The notes: generated by a model from the letters alone, not told the origin. Shown: positions 22,657 to 36,024, counted from the stretch's first letter. The stretch is DNA of 64,000 nt from Penicillus capitatus (GCA_965649825.1 OZ287694.1:1177197-1241196); one strand, 5' to 3'. Program-made: numbers and translations.

Positions 22657-25579
22657 TCACAAAGACGTAAGATGTGGCGGTCGATGGGATGCTCTACACT
22701 CAACACGGCTCTTCACCGTATTCTTTCGATTCTTTTTGAAGAGATGCACTCTACCTGGATGCGTTTCACATGGCCAGCAAGACATCCATGAGGTCCAGTG
22801 CTGTATAACCAAGTCGGGGGGTGCAAGTTCGTTAGGTTTAGGTAAACGATCTCCTTCGCCTCTCGAACGTATTTTGGTCTTCTTTCCTGAGACAGAACAG
22901 CCATCCTGACCATGCTTGCTGATTTCATTGTTTGTGACCCGTGCATTGATCTGTTGTGATGAACTCTGCCCTGTTGGATGTAAGGTCGTCCATGAACACG
23001 GAGTTGTAAATGTAGGCTCTTCTGTCCGCCGATCAAAATGAGGCATCCATCGATGCGCCTGTAATTTCGGAGATCTCTCGCGGGAGCCGTGATCCTTGCC
23101 TAAAATCGAGCGCATTGTCCCGAGGTGTGGTGTGAGAGAAGATAGACTGGAAGTGTCTGAGGAGCTGTCTGGTTTGGAAGAGATGAGGCTGAGCCACCAT
23201 GTCGCCCACTTGAGACACCATCCTCGACGGATCCCTCGAATACAGCAGCTGCCTAAAGACAGGGCGCGTCTGTCTGCTAAGACGACAGTGCGGTATTCCT
23301 ACCTGTGACGAAGATGGCGATAACCATAGCTATTAGGATGAGCATCCGTGACCAGCACTTGTGCACGAACAGGCAAAACACGTTGAAAATATTCGGACAG
23401 TAATCGGAGCAGGAAAGGGAAACGGGTTCGCGGCCAGGGCCATTGCCGTCTTGAGGTGTTGGGTTCTGTGGCAGCTCCTCGAATTCGGTCTGTCCCACCG
23501 AGAACGTGACGTTTTGCTTATCCAATTCCTCACCCTGAAAAAAAGCGGCGTCAACGAACCCGTCTGCGAAGATCTCTGTCAACGAGAGAGGAACGAAGAG
23601 TGATCCAGCACGTCAGGTTTTCTCTTTGACTGGCCGTCGCCATTTGAATGAGATATGCGGGAAGGACTCGTGTGCTCTGAGCGTCGATGAAGGCTTTCTG
23701 CGCAGGAGACGACAACACGCCGCTGCTGCAGTTGGTCACCTGATCGCGAAATGTCCTCGACGATGCCGACCGAGCGTAAGGGAGAGAACCGTGACGGTGT
23801 ACTCGGCCGAAATGTACCCGATGTTTCGAATCTGGACGTGAAGATAGCCGCGATCCGAGAGCGACGCAAACGCGCCTTCGCCACACGTCACGTTGTTGAA
23901 ACTGCACACCTCGGCTGATACGATTTCTCCCGGGCTGGTGTGGATGACGAATCGTAAGTCATCGGCCGCGGCAGTCAGTGTGATCACGGAATTGCGAATT
24001 CCGAAGACGGGAAACTCCAACACAATGATTCCGCCACTTTGGCCTGTGCTCTACAGCACCGCCTTCGTATCGAGTGCGCCACAAAGATGTCGAGACTTGC
24101 GCGATGGTGGATCTCGCCGTGTAGCGCGTAACGAGGTAAAGGGGTGTCTGTCCCTTGGAGATGCGATCGAGATCTTCGTTATATCGATCGTGTAGCTGAT
24201 TGGCGAGACAGGTGCCAACGGGACGTGCGCAGCCATCTGTCTGAAAACGGAATGCCGAAAACGATGTGCCGATCTTGTTGCATTCGTTTCCTATATATGC
24301 AGACCATCGTGCGCTTCATCTCGTTGCCGTCGATGTGCAAACCGTCAAGCGAGATTTGCGTCTTGTCGATGAGCATCCACTCTTCGTGGTTACTCGATAG
24401 CGCCACGGCAGGATCTGCTCCTGGCGGAAAGGGAATCATGAGCATCTTGCCGCTACAGAAAGGCGCAGCAGTGAAGGGTGCGAAATGGAGAAACGTTTAT
24501 CGATTCTTGCTTGAGAGCCGGCGGATCGGTGTAACCGGCCAGATCGCCGAGGAGCTCTGCCTCGACGGTGTTATTCGCATTTTTCTTGATCGGATCGGAT
24601 GGCCGAAGTTTCAAACGCTCTTCCCCGATCGATTCGTTTCGTTGGCGATCGGAGATTGCGATCTCGATCACGAAATCGATCGACGATGTGCCCACCTCGA
24701 AGCCCTTAACCTCTTTCATGCCATCCACGATCGAACGGAGACGGACGATTACTTGATACCACAAGGGATCGAGAAAGAGACAGTGGGCGGAGGACGGATT
24801 CGAATCGAAGAAATTCCAACCCCCGTCAAAGAAATCGCAATTCAGGTTTGCTCTCGTCCGCTCGTCGAGTGAACCAAACGTATCGCTGATGACTTGACTG
24901 GAAGTACAGGAGCAGCAGAATCCTTGACTGTCGGCGACGCGTTGGCCCTCTAGATAGTACCAACCGCATGTCGGCGTATCATCGAAATCTCCGTCCTACG
25001 ATGAAAGGGCATCCATCACTCGATCGAAACGGACATCGTCTGCGGGCACATCACAAGACGAGACCCCACTATGCACCACTTCTTTGGGTTGAGAATTGAA
25101 AGCTTGGACGTAAGTGAGTGGATAGACCGCATAGACAGGCGATTTCGTGAGCGACAGGACTAGCGTCTGGTTCAGATCTCGACAGTCGCAGCTGACGTCG
25201 GCGGCGTAGTCGCAAGGACAAGGACAGGTTGTACTGAAACGCAGAGAGGAGTGATTTCAGGGACGTCTGGCGGCCATACCTGCCGATGCACGTGAGGTCA
25301 AACTGTAGGTTCTCCGTTTCGAGCTCTCGACCACCCTCCACCGCAACGGTCACAACGAGCTTCTCCTCGCAAGAGAGATCCTGGCCAGCAATGCTCGCAT
25401 CCTTGATTGCTAAGTCCAGAAGTAAGCCGCCATGTCAAGGTGCATTCAGCCACGATCACCGTTCCGTCAAGCACGCAGCGTTCGAGTTTGCTGCTCGAGA
25501 TCACCGTCGCCAGTACTTCCTCCCGATGCGATAAGCAGACGAGGATGATAACGACGTTAAGAATGGCACCGAGCGTCAT
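22657..25579 (-). CDS. HAP2: Gamete fusogen HAP2/GCS1
   Basis: Signal peptide followed by VISSSKLERC, CPCPCDY..CDCRDL, DSQGFCCSC, RANLNCDF, SAHCL..DPLWY, LLGDLAGY, CNKIGTSFSAFRFQTDGCARPVGTCLANQL and SPGEIV. The pre-TM region CSDYCPNIFNVFCLFVHKCW precedes a TM helix and a Cys-containing cytosolic tail. The 3' end is approximate. Confidence 0.95.
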
Positions 25580-25738
25580 GATAGAGACGATATCGATCGC
25601 TCGAAAGACGAAAGCAATCGGTTTGCCTCGATGAAACCGACGACGCGATCTTTGCTACCAAGCCCATTACACAGAATATATGCAATCCATGCTCCCACCC
25701 GTACGTACCATGCACGCAGGCATGAATGCAAAGAATTT

Positions 25739-28044
25739 TTACTCTTTAGATTTGAGAATGTCGACTGGGAAAACGTCTCTGGGTTCCGGATAGAGAACCT
25801 GCGTCTTGCCTTCCAAGTATTTGTTCATGAGTTTCGTGGTCGATGCGTTGAATCCGTCACCGGTCACCACTTTTCTGTTCTTCGTGCGTGTGGCATTGAT
25901 GGTCGTTCGCACACGTCCAGCCAATACTTTGCCGAGTTCCACTCCCCATTGATCGAAGGAGTTAATGCCCCACAGAAATCCTTGCACGGCAACGCGATGT
26001 TCATACAGAGCCAAGATCTGGCCTGTGGTATACGCCGTCAATTCTGGCAACATGATGGATAGCGACGGTCGATTTCCTCTAAAGGTCCTATGCGGAATCA
26101 AGTAGTCTGGCACATTCTCGGATCTCAGTTGAACAGCATCCTTGCCATAAGCCAAGGCATCCGTCTACAATCGGCATTTTGGAGAGGTCAAAGGTATGGT
26201 GATGCCGTACCTGAGCAAAGAAGTTGCACATGAGTTCGTCATGGTTCGAGACGATTTCGTCCTTGAGATAGACGCTTTGTTGCGATCGGACGATGCCGAT
26301 GAACTCGCAAGGGACGACGCGCCCTTGATGGATGAGTTGATAGAAGGAATGCTGTCCATTTGTCCCAGGCTCTCCGAAATCGATCTCGCCCACATCGTAA
26401 GACAGCGGATGACCCGTAATGTCTACGCCTTTTCCGTTCGACTCCATGGAGACTTGCTGAATGTGTGGTGCCAGCTTTGACAAAGCTTGACAGTAAGGGA
26501 GAATGGCACGGGTGGAGTATCCCAGGAATGTTGTATTCCATACACCCAACAGACCCAGAATGACTGGAAGGTTCTGCTCGAAAGGTGCTGCGACAAAGTG
26601 ATCGTCGACATCGTTGGCTCCTCGCAGAAAATCGACCATGATATCGAATCCATACTGTAGACAAAGAGGCAGCATTCCAACAGCACTGCAGACAGAATAG
26701 CGGCCTCCGACCCAATCCCAGAAGCCAAAGGCATTCTCTGGATCGATGCCAAACTTCTTGACGAGACTCAGATTGGTGGATACCGCCACCATGTGTTTGG
26801 ACACTGCCTCTTCGCCCAGACCCTCAACGAGCCATGAACGCAGTGTTCGAGCGTTGAGCATGGTCTCAGCGGTGGTAAATGTCTTGGAAATGATGACAAC
26901 AAGGGTGTCCTCTTGGTTGAAGCCTTTCAAGGCACGAGCTACGTCGATGGGGTCGACGTTGGCTAAGAAACGCAGACAGCGGCCATCTGCGGCGGCTGCG
27001 GATTTCTGTTCGGTCCGAAGGGCAGTGTGGACGAAGAGAGGACCCAAGAAACTCCCACCGATGCCCACCGCCACCACGTTCTTGAGCGGCTTTCCTGTCA
27101 CGCCCAGCCACTCTCCGTTTCTCACTTTTTCGCTAAAAGACTTGATCTTGTCGAGCACTTCCCACACTTCTGGCACCACATTCTTTCCCTCCACAAAAAT
27201 CTCCTGCATTGCATTGCGGCGTCCACCCCACATCGACACCCTGTCTCATCTACGCGCCTGATCACGACGCGCACGGGTAGCGATGTGCAGAACAGGACGG
27301 ACTTCTGTGGAGTTGATGGACTCGCCAGAGTACATCGCATCGATCTTCTCCTTTAGCTGAGCACGTTCTGCCAAATCAAATAGGAGCTGTCATTCCACAC
27401 AGCTCTCAACAGATGACTCTCCGTGTGGCATCTACACTCGCCTGCATCGTACGGTCCGTCACTCTTTGACGGCAAAAGTCCAAATAGATGCCATTGTGTT
27501 CTTTGATGAGCATGTCTGTGCGTTCATCGTCCATCAAAAGATCTTTGAGATGCCTGCAACGTTACAGACAGAGTGATAGAAGGTGTGTCATAGGTGCACT
27601 GGTCACTGTTGGTCAATCTCAGCGACATGTTCACGCAGGGCCTGCCACTCCAAGGCATAGGCGATCGCCCCTTGTGGTGCCTCCTCTTCCTACGCGATGA
27701 CCTCACCTTTGACACGACGCGCCACGAACGAACTTTCTTCGCGTGTGCCGGTGAAGATAACTTCTCCTATACGGCAAACAGGTGAACGTTTGGATCCCTG
27801 TTGGCATTTGGACTCACCATGTCGAGGGTACTCACAATCTGCCCGACTTTTCTTTGCGCGTAGATTCTGGTCCTACAGAGGTAGCTCCAGGTAGTCCACA
27901 TATGCGTCGTTGGCGGTACGCTGGACGGCGATGGTAAGTCGGAAGAGGATTGATAGAACGTCCGCGTAAGCGACAGAAGGACAGGACCGGTTTCCGAGCA
28001 CAGAAGACGTTGGAATGGCGAGTACAGAGACCGTACGTGGCCAT
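25739..28044 (-). CDS. PGI: Glucose-6-phosphate isomerase (eukaryotic cytosolic-type sequence, possible N-terminal transit peptide)
   Basis: [52 protein letters not shown] and [11 protein letters not shown]. The catalytic body is certain; the 5' exons upstream of ~27700 are uncertain. Confidence 0.93.
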
Positions 28045-28203
28045 GTCCTTTTCCCACGCGGTCGGCGGATCTTGACGGTCTGTCCGAGAGACGCAAATCA
28101 AGGTACATGATCGTCAGTCACGTCACAATTGTTCTTGCGTCGCCTTGTCTAGCTCCGCTTACTCGTTGCGATTCGGATCTGTTGACGCCAAATTCTTCTT
28201 TCG

Positions 28204-29613
28204 ATGCCGCGACGTTACGTACCCGTAAAGCTAGAAGGGTACGAAGTTTCGGATCCGGCCCGCGCCTACCTCGGCGAAGGAACTTACGGCACAGTCTTCC
28301 TGGCGCGAGACACGGCAACGGGAGAGTGTGTTGCAATCAAGCAGCACCATAACATCGTGAGCATCGCCGAAGACCGATGCGGACGCTGACGTCGAACGAC
28401 ACAAACACAGGCGCATGAGAAGGGCATTCCGTCGACCGTGCTCCGCGAGGCGACGTTTCTCAAGCTGCTCAAGAACTCGCCGCACGTCGTCAAGTGAGCT
28501 CCGCCATTCCGATGGCGACGGTGTCCGTCGGCGCGCTGACCTTCCTTGTGCATACAGGCTGCATAACGTGATGCACGTCAAGTCGAACGGAGGCTCGAGA
28601 TCGCCGACGAGCGTCATGGTGAGGATCTTGTGTAAAACAGCCTTTCATCGATCGTGTGTTTTACAGATCTTTGAGTATCTAGACTGCGATCTGAGCGTCT
28701 ATGCGAGAACACACCGCCCTCTTCAATTCGACATCATTAAGGTCCGCCAGAAGCACCTCTACCACGGTCATAGAACGCGATCTTCTGCAAACAGAGGATC
28801 ATGTATCACGTCCTTCTAGGACTGCACCACTGTCACTCGATGCGCCTGATGCATCGAGACCTCAAGCCGCACAACATCTTGATCGACACAACAGATGCCG
28901 AGAGACCGATCGCAAAGCTGGCGGATTTTGGATTTGGGCGCACGTTCTCCACGCCCATTCGCCAACTGACCGAGGAGGTGTCTCGCTTGACCGCCCTTTC
29001 CCAGTGGCAGTCTGTCTATGTCCGCAGATCATCACCCTCTGGTACCGCCCACCGGAGGTGCTGCTGGGATACGAGGGGCACAGTCCGGCCGTCGATATCT
29101 GGAGCTCCGCGTGCATCTTCTCGGAGCTCTGCGAGAGTGTGAGGCCATCGTCTCCCGCCAGTTCGGTCGCGCATGTCTTTCCTCCAGGTGACGCTCTTCA
29201 GGGGCGACTGTCAATACGACCAGCTCATTCAGATCTTCCGTCTCCTGGGCACCCCGACTCTCAAAGAATGGAACGCGCCTTGTCTCTGCGAACATTGGCA
29301 CGAGTATCCAGATTTCAAGCGCCAGAAGCTGGCTGACACGATGAAGGCGACCCCTCCAGACGCCATCGATCTGCTGGATATCATGCTGGTCCACAATCCA
29401 GCCCGGCGTCCCACCGCCGAGGCCTGCTTGCGTCATCCCTACTTCGCATCGATCTTCAAGGAGAGCGATCTGAAAATGAAACCCCTGCTGCCGAAGGACA
29501 TTCTTGGACCCAAGCCGAAGTCCACCAAAGCAGCATCAGATCCTGCCATACTCGCGTCCTCAAGTTTTAACAGATGCCATGGAGTCCTTGGTCCGTTCAA
29601 CGTCTCGAAGTGA
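28204..29613 (+). CDS. Cyclin-dependent kinase, divergent CDKB-like, copy 2 (7 exons; probable ancestral copy)
   Basis: Same exon structure as copy 1 (intron 1 = 28357-28410). [15 protein letters not shown] and TLWYRPPE are intact. Confidence 0.92.
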
Positions 29614-30737
29614 TGCTGTCGCATCATCCATCAGCGATTGAGTAACCGATACCTTGAACACAGAAAAAGCTTGACTATTGAAGAACTCATCACGTACGAT
29701 GAAACAGACTTTTGCAGAAACAACGCATCTCCATTGTCTGATTCTGGAACTAATGGAGTGTCGATGGAATCTGGCTTAGTAATGATACCCGAACGCGTTG
29801 AAGATTAGACAATCCTAGACAACTGCGCCCCATCCGGACACAGCCCAAACAAATCTGCTGATAGACACCTCCTGTTTTAAACTCAGTTTCGATTATCGAT
29901 GGAAGATCGTCCAACCTACAATCGTCACGCCGTTTCGATCATCTTCGACGTACGTCACCGTCGTTATCTGTCACATCGCGTATCGGAACGATTACTTCAG
30001 CATAATTGCATACTGCTCTTGTAACTGCATTTCGTTTCTCAGCTGCGTTTCGCCTATTAGAAACGCACGAACCGGATCGCACGGTGACCTCTTTTGCGCC
30101 AAGCGCTTTCGATAGGTTTCACCTTGGCAAGCGACGGACAACGTCTGTTATAGATCCTATTGTGTTTCTATGAGGCTCCGCTTCCGTGGACTCGTCTGTT
30201 CAGTGTTCGCGTCGTCCTAATCTACCCCCTTGTGAACGCATTGCTTTCGTTTTTTGTTGAGCGTTATATCTTCGGGAATACGTGCAGTAGGTTATTTGCA
30301 GAAGTTGTTTAACGACGAATCCAGCCCTAATTCGCACCGTTCATACAGTTCGAGCTTTATTTTTACCCCCTATTGCATTATTTGAGAGAAAACGACCGTC
30401 ACGGGAAGTCAATACAGCGTCAGGTCTTCAAACGGATCCAACGTTGTGATCGTTGCTTCGACGACGAAGCAGAAGACGACCCACCTGTCAGTGCGTTCAA
30501 GAACAGGAAAAGGGCACGATCGAACAGAACGAAAGGCTCTACTGGACAAAGCGTAGAACGCACTCGATACAGAAACTTGTTCGCCTATTATCGATAACAG
30601 ACCGTTTGGCTTTACTCGATTCTCTGCCTAGCACGCAATGATTGGCCATCGCCGTTCTGTCCTCTGTTAAACCTCAGAAAAGCAGAAAGAGGTTGGTCCC
30701 GGAAGAAGGAACGACTTCAATTCAGTTTCGTCGCCGC

Positions 30738-31558
30738 TTAGGAATGCGATTCGGAAGAAGGAGCATCTTTCGCGAATGAGGGGTCGACGACACAAAGAGA
30801 ACAGTCTAACCTCTTCTTCGTTTGCTCCCGGCATATGATGCCACCCTGTTTGCAGTAAATGAAATTCTTTGCTTTGTCGGGCGGTCCTTGAACAGAGACC
30901 ACTCACAACTTAAGAGTGCTGAACGCGGAAGAATCTTCTCTGCTTACCGCAAGCTCGTCACTGTGGTGCATGTCGTCGGTGTCAGTGTCACGTACCTGTC
31001 CAACGAAAATCCGATGCGCCGAATACTCATCGATTCATTCGTAAACATGCTTTTGAACTCACAAGGCGGGTGCATTGGGAGGACGACGGAACTGTCGACG
31101 ATGGCGAAGACTGACTGCTGCATCGATGAGACAACTTTGGTGTTTCAACATCATATGTCTGCGAAGGAGGATTCGACTTAATTCGATTCGTACACGGCGA
31201 CATCGATTTCCGCACTTGGACAGTCGAGAGACATGTCGATCTCTCTTCGGATAGCGATTTGATTTTCGAACGCACCTACCTGTGCGTAATGAATCTTCGT
31301 ATGGGAGATGGAAGTGCGTTGTTGTCCGGGTATACATCCTGTGTTTGGTTACATGGAGAAAACGCTTGCTTGATCTTCCGTCGGATTTGATCACCGATCG
31401 TCCATATAAACAGGATGTTTAAGATACAAAAACAGATCTCTCAAAACTGCGAGTTCTTCGAGAGTCCCAGTCGTCCGAAAACGAATGAACGGGATCAGGA
31501 TTTCAGCGACGATTGCCTCAGTCGACGCTGCTTTGTTTCGCGAGCAATTCAGCAGCAT
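30738..31558 (-). CDS. Hypothetical multi-exon protein, no family recognised
   Basis: Five successive GT-AG introns keep one frame: MLLNCSRNK...LFLYLKHPVYMDDR|MYTRTTTHFHLPYEDSLRT|VRKSMSP...QCTRL|VRDTDTDD...TLKL|VASYAGSKRRR|DAPSSESHS*. The true start may lie further upstream. Confidence 0.45.
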
Positions 31559-32774
31559 GTCATATAGGTGAGATCTTGGCGTGTTTGTTTGGCCCTTTTA
31601 GCTTCGCGACTTGTCACCATCTGCACGAAGAAGTCAGACAAACAGCCGGACGAGCCGATCGTTTCCCGAAGGAAGCGCAGCGTCCCTTGACAACCATCTA
31701 TCTCACGAGGGCAGAGATACCTCGGCGCCATTCTACGATTCGCCTTACCGACCTCGCGCGTTCGGTTAATCAGCAAGTCATGAAGAAACCCGTGTTCCTT
31801 CCTCGGGAATCAGTTATTGAAGTCAGGCGTCGATTTTGTGACTCGACGATGGCGGTCTGGCCGAACGGCAAGACGGAGAGAGTTCACTGTCTTCACCTCA
31901 GTCGGACGAGAACCGCAATAATTCTATCCACGGACCTAGTAGAACCCATCAGTGTTCTTGGGCGCTGAAATCCCTCCACTGCGTACAAATTCAAACACCA
32001 ATCTCCTCTACCTATCACGACGAGTTGGATAGACACTGTGAGACTGCGTCGAGCTGTGATCGCCCTGTCGGAGTCTGCGCCGCTCGAAAGCAGTCGTTTC
32101 TTAACGCGCTCCTGCGCCTTTGGATTTCCAGGCGTGCAGCACCTGACCATTCATCTACAATGATCTATCTCGTTACATACACAGTTGGACAGGTTGGACA
32201 TTTGGGTATCAAGCTACAACTAGGTAAGAACGAACGGACAGCACGCTCATGTGTTGCAGTGCTGTCTACGCAGTGGCAACGGTGTTTACCGTGCCAGATA
32301 TCCAGCCTGGAGCTGGAATGAGTTCACTCACCTCAGACAATTCACACACATAGTTGCCGGTATCATAAGACCACATATTGCACTCTGCAACGAAGAATTG
32401 ACTAGAATCAAAGACAGTTGGAACTCACCTGTATAGTCATAACACAGATAGCAGCATTCAATATAACTGGCGACGTTTTCTGAGTAGAAAGGATTTACAA
32501 ATCTCGCGTCGTAGATTGGTCTACACTCTTGAGCACTGGCTCCCTGAAGCAACAGTCAACGCATTTAGTGTTCGAAGGTCGCGTGGCTCACTCCCATGAC
32601 GACGAGGACAGTCAAGAAAACCGCCAAGAGCTTCATGATGGGAATCTACGTCAGACGACGCTTCTGAAGAGTCAAGCGACACAAGACAAAAGCGCAGAAG
32701 AACAAAACAACGGAGTACTCTTGGCTTTATATACCCATTCCGTGCTATTTCAGACGGGACTGAATCGTCTGATC

Positions 32775-33065
32775 GCAAAACCGAGAAACGTTTTCAGACA
32801 GCACGACTACGCGAAGCTTCATCAGACAGCACTGATTCAACTGATCGCAGAATCTGATTTCGACGGCATGCGATCTCGACCGAGAAACGTTTTCAGACAG
32901 CACGATTGTTTTGATCGTAGTTTCGTCAGACTGCACTGATTCAACTGATCGCAAAATCTGATTTCGACGGCATGCGATCGCGACCGAGAAACGTTTTCAG
33001 ACAGCACGACTGTTTTGATCGTAGTTTCGTCAGACTGCACTGATTCAACTGATCGCAGAATCTGA
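32775..33065. repeat. 104-bp tandem repeat, about 2.8 units (one unit fewer than arm A)
   Basis: Reverse complement of the 8528-8920 unit. AATCTGA recurs three times versus four in arm A. Confidence 0.93.
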
Positions 33066-33346
33066 GGCGACGGGGATGCTGTCGCGCGATCTTAACTGTC
33101 ACATCACACACGTCTTGGAGACGGTGACGGGCGTAGGCAGAACGAGACTTTGGTGTGACTGGTACGTTTCTTTTAAGTCACACTGTTCCGGTTCTAACAT
33201 CAAAACCAATCATTGAAGTCGTCTGTGTTGGTCGAATCCTCGGCCCCATCGGAACACGAGATCAAGATGAGTTCGGCGACAACAGATAGACGACAGCAGA
33301 ATCGGACAGAGGAATGAATGCGTCTGTTCCTGATGGTCGTGATGAG

Positions 33347-34854
33347 TCAATCTGCATCGGCGATCACGTCGAGTATGTCCGCGGGGATCCTCACTGATAG
33401 CACACGCATCATCAGATCGCACAGAGCCCAGTCAATCAAGGACCTGTACAGGCAATCGAGAGCACTGGTATCCCAAACAGTAATGACAGGCTGATTCTGT
33501 AACTGGCTGTCTGCCAGAATAACTCCAAACTCACGTCGAGGCAGAATACGTCTGCGGCCACCTTGCACACTGGCGTCGTGTCTCTCGCGGACAGGTCAGC
33601 GAAGCATTTTCCGAGCAGACACACGGATCGAGCAAAGATGCTTTCATCAACAGCGATGCGTCTACGGTAAGGGACGGACTGCGATCCGATTTCCGAGAAA
33701 CGGCGAAGCACGCAGCAGCATCTTTAGGTCGAAGGAACGGATCGATGATGCGTCCAGGTCCCTGCCCTGTGGCCATCCCACTTCTGCATCGCTGTCGTTC
33801 GGACGATCTGCTCTGAGAATTCATCGCGCTTCATACGTCTGACTGAGCCCGTCGTCGCCTCGCAGAGGCAGGATGTGACCGTCACACATCGAAGATCGAT
33901 GTCATTTCCTCTACCTGGGACAGGCTAATGGTGATGGCTGTGACTGGGCGGGCACTGCTCACTCTCTGTGTACAATCTGCTGCTCGGTGCAGGTTCTGGG
34001 AACAGCGAAGGATCCTCTCGGCAGTCATTGCCATCCGACTTGTCGGATCGTCCCAGTCGCTACGAGAGGCTTTCAACCGACATGGCCTGTGGACTGCCAT
34101 CTCTGTTCCATCGAGCGAATGACGGCTTCGTCGTTGCCGCTGAGACAGCCAAGTTCACAGGCCATAGACGTCTTTCCTATAGGAGTCGACCGTGGCCGAC
34201 TCTTAACCCATCATCGGCGACGACGGCCGATGAAAAACGCGATGTTCTCCGAGGAGTCAGTCGACTCCCTCGCCATCTCAGTCTGCTCTTCTCCGGCTCG
34301 AACAATTCGCCGTTCCGTCGCACCAAGACGTTCGTTGTCCTTCGTTGCCGTCCTAGGGCGGTATCTTGAATGAGACCCGTGATTGATCTTTAAACTTCTC
34401 AGCCCCGCGATTCTGAACGGAAGCAGCGTCCAGACGGGCAGCAACAATATTTGCCTCACTGGGGAGACATCGATTCCGCATTATCGATGCTGCGGAGACA
34501 TCCTTCTAGGATGAGGAATTGTAAGGCGGCGATTCGCGTACGCTCCCGAAGACACGGTCGTCCGCACGGACCGCAGACGGAGGCATCCAAGATGCTCTTT
34601 CAGACACTGCAAAGTGCATGTGGGAGGGACACCCAAAAAATCGAGGCATGGTGACATGACATGCATCGAAGGACGAAGTCTTTTGCCTGACTGTGTGTAA
34701 CTGACCGTCGCAGCCTTCAGGTGTGATCAGAGAGTTTAATAGGGAACCTAGTTTGAGTGTCCGGCTGTCGCGATTTCTGGCGGATCCCAGGGTTTCGCAA
34801 GATGCGTCGGCAGTCAGACTCTACGAGATTGCAGCCAATCAGTCGAGTTTCCAT
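33347..34854 (-). pseudogene. F-box/LRR-like gene remnant (arm B copy, less decayed)
   Basis: Same F-box-like start as arm A. Retains LQFLILEGC (inside the 132 bp missing from arm A), ILRCSQNLHR and a last exon NQPVITVWD...IPADILDVIADAD*. Confidence 0.4.
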
Positions 34855-35467
34855 GCGTCTCCCTGACGATGTCGACTGGTTCGACCTCGATCGGCATCAG
34901 ATCTCCTCTCGCTATTCAGGAGAATCGGTCGATGTCTTTTCAGCATAGTTCATCAAGCAAGAATGCATCTGGCCATCAACGACTGCGCTAAACTCGTGGG
35001 GGTTTCTGCGTCTGCTGACACGGACACTATGGTTTCTGCAAAACGATGAGGATGGATGACTTTCGCGGCGCCATTTTGGAGCTACACGAAAACATTGTCC
35101 ACACCAGACTGCACAACACAGGCGATGTAATGTGACAATGTCGTGTCGTTCTGAAAGTAACTGGGAAATGGTTTTCTTTAATGGAGTGAAATCCTTTGAT
35201 GCCAGAGTCTACTCTTCGGACGTCGGACAGGCAACGAACGCTACATCGAAGTTCAAAAATTGGATTCGCGATATAAAAACAAAGCGGACAAATTCTAGAT
35301 CGCGAATCCTTCAGATGCTTTTACAAGCACAGACAGAATGAGATAGAGCAGTTCGCATGTCAACGTCACTGTTCCTGACTTTAGTGATTTTTCTGCAGGT
35401 TCTATCGTTGCGATGCTAAGAGAAGCGTCCTTGTGATGTCTCCTCATCCGGGGCCGTGTCGTCACTC

Positions 35468-35552
35468 TGCGACGCGTCACATCATGGTGCATTGCGACGC
35501 GTCACATCATGGTGCATTGCGACGCGTCACATCATGGTGCATTGCGACGCGT
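35468..35552. repeat. 25-bp tandem repeat, 3 units plus a 10-nt partial
   Basis: Reverse complement of the 6101 unit. Lies about 470 bp upstream of the CDK copy 3 ATG. Confidence 0.97.
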
Positions 35553-35769
35553 AGCGAACGCACTTTCTTCGAGTGTGCTGGAGTACCTGCCTGCTCGTCC
35601 TGTAAGAAAGCGATCCGCTCTTGGATCCTGTTGGAGGTCGAGACTCATCCTGTCGAGCGCAATCTATAACTGCTCGACGTGACTTCGAGTATGGATCTTC
35701 TCTCACAGAGAGACCAGCACAAGGACCATGTTCTTCTTATGTCTCCGTCCCTATCGGAGAAAGCGAATC

Positions 35770-35850
35770 CATGTGAAAGAAGAAGGTCGGGGTCGGTCTT
35801 CAAGCACAGAAGACGTAGGAATGGCGAGTGCAGTGACCGTGTGTGGCCAA
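35770..35850 (-). pseudogene. Dead copy of the PGI 5' exon (arm B)
   Basis: Reads LATHGHCTRHSYVFCA*. The ATG is lost and there is an in-frame TGA. Confidence 0.7.
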
Positions 35851-36024
35851 GATCTCTGCCAATGTGGTCATCGAATCTTCACTATCGGGAAGTCGCGTCG
35901 TCGTCCGAAAGACGCAAATCAACTACATAATCGTCAGTCACTTCGCAATTATCTTCTGAGTCGAGTTGTCCGGATTCGCTCAGTCACAACGATTCGGATC
36001 AGTCGACGCCAACTGCTTCTTCCG

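Noticed and set aside
22657-25579. Calling this window the mating-type locus
   Set aside because: HAP2 alone is not diagnostic. No MID/RWP-RK, FUS1 or homeobox gene was seen, and gene density is high with no sign of degeneration outside the arms.
29700-30700. ncRNA (tRNA, snRNA, snoRNA) in the larger intergenic gaps (also 3500-4000, 22160-22650, 48700-49100)
   Set aside because: No cloverleaf, Sm-site or C/D/H-ACA pattern was recognisable by eye. An Infernal/Rfam scan would be needed to exclude them.
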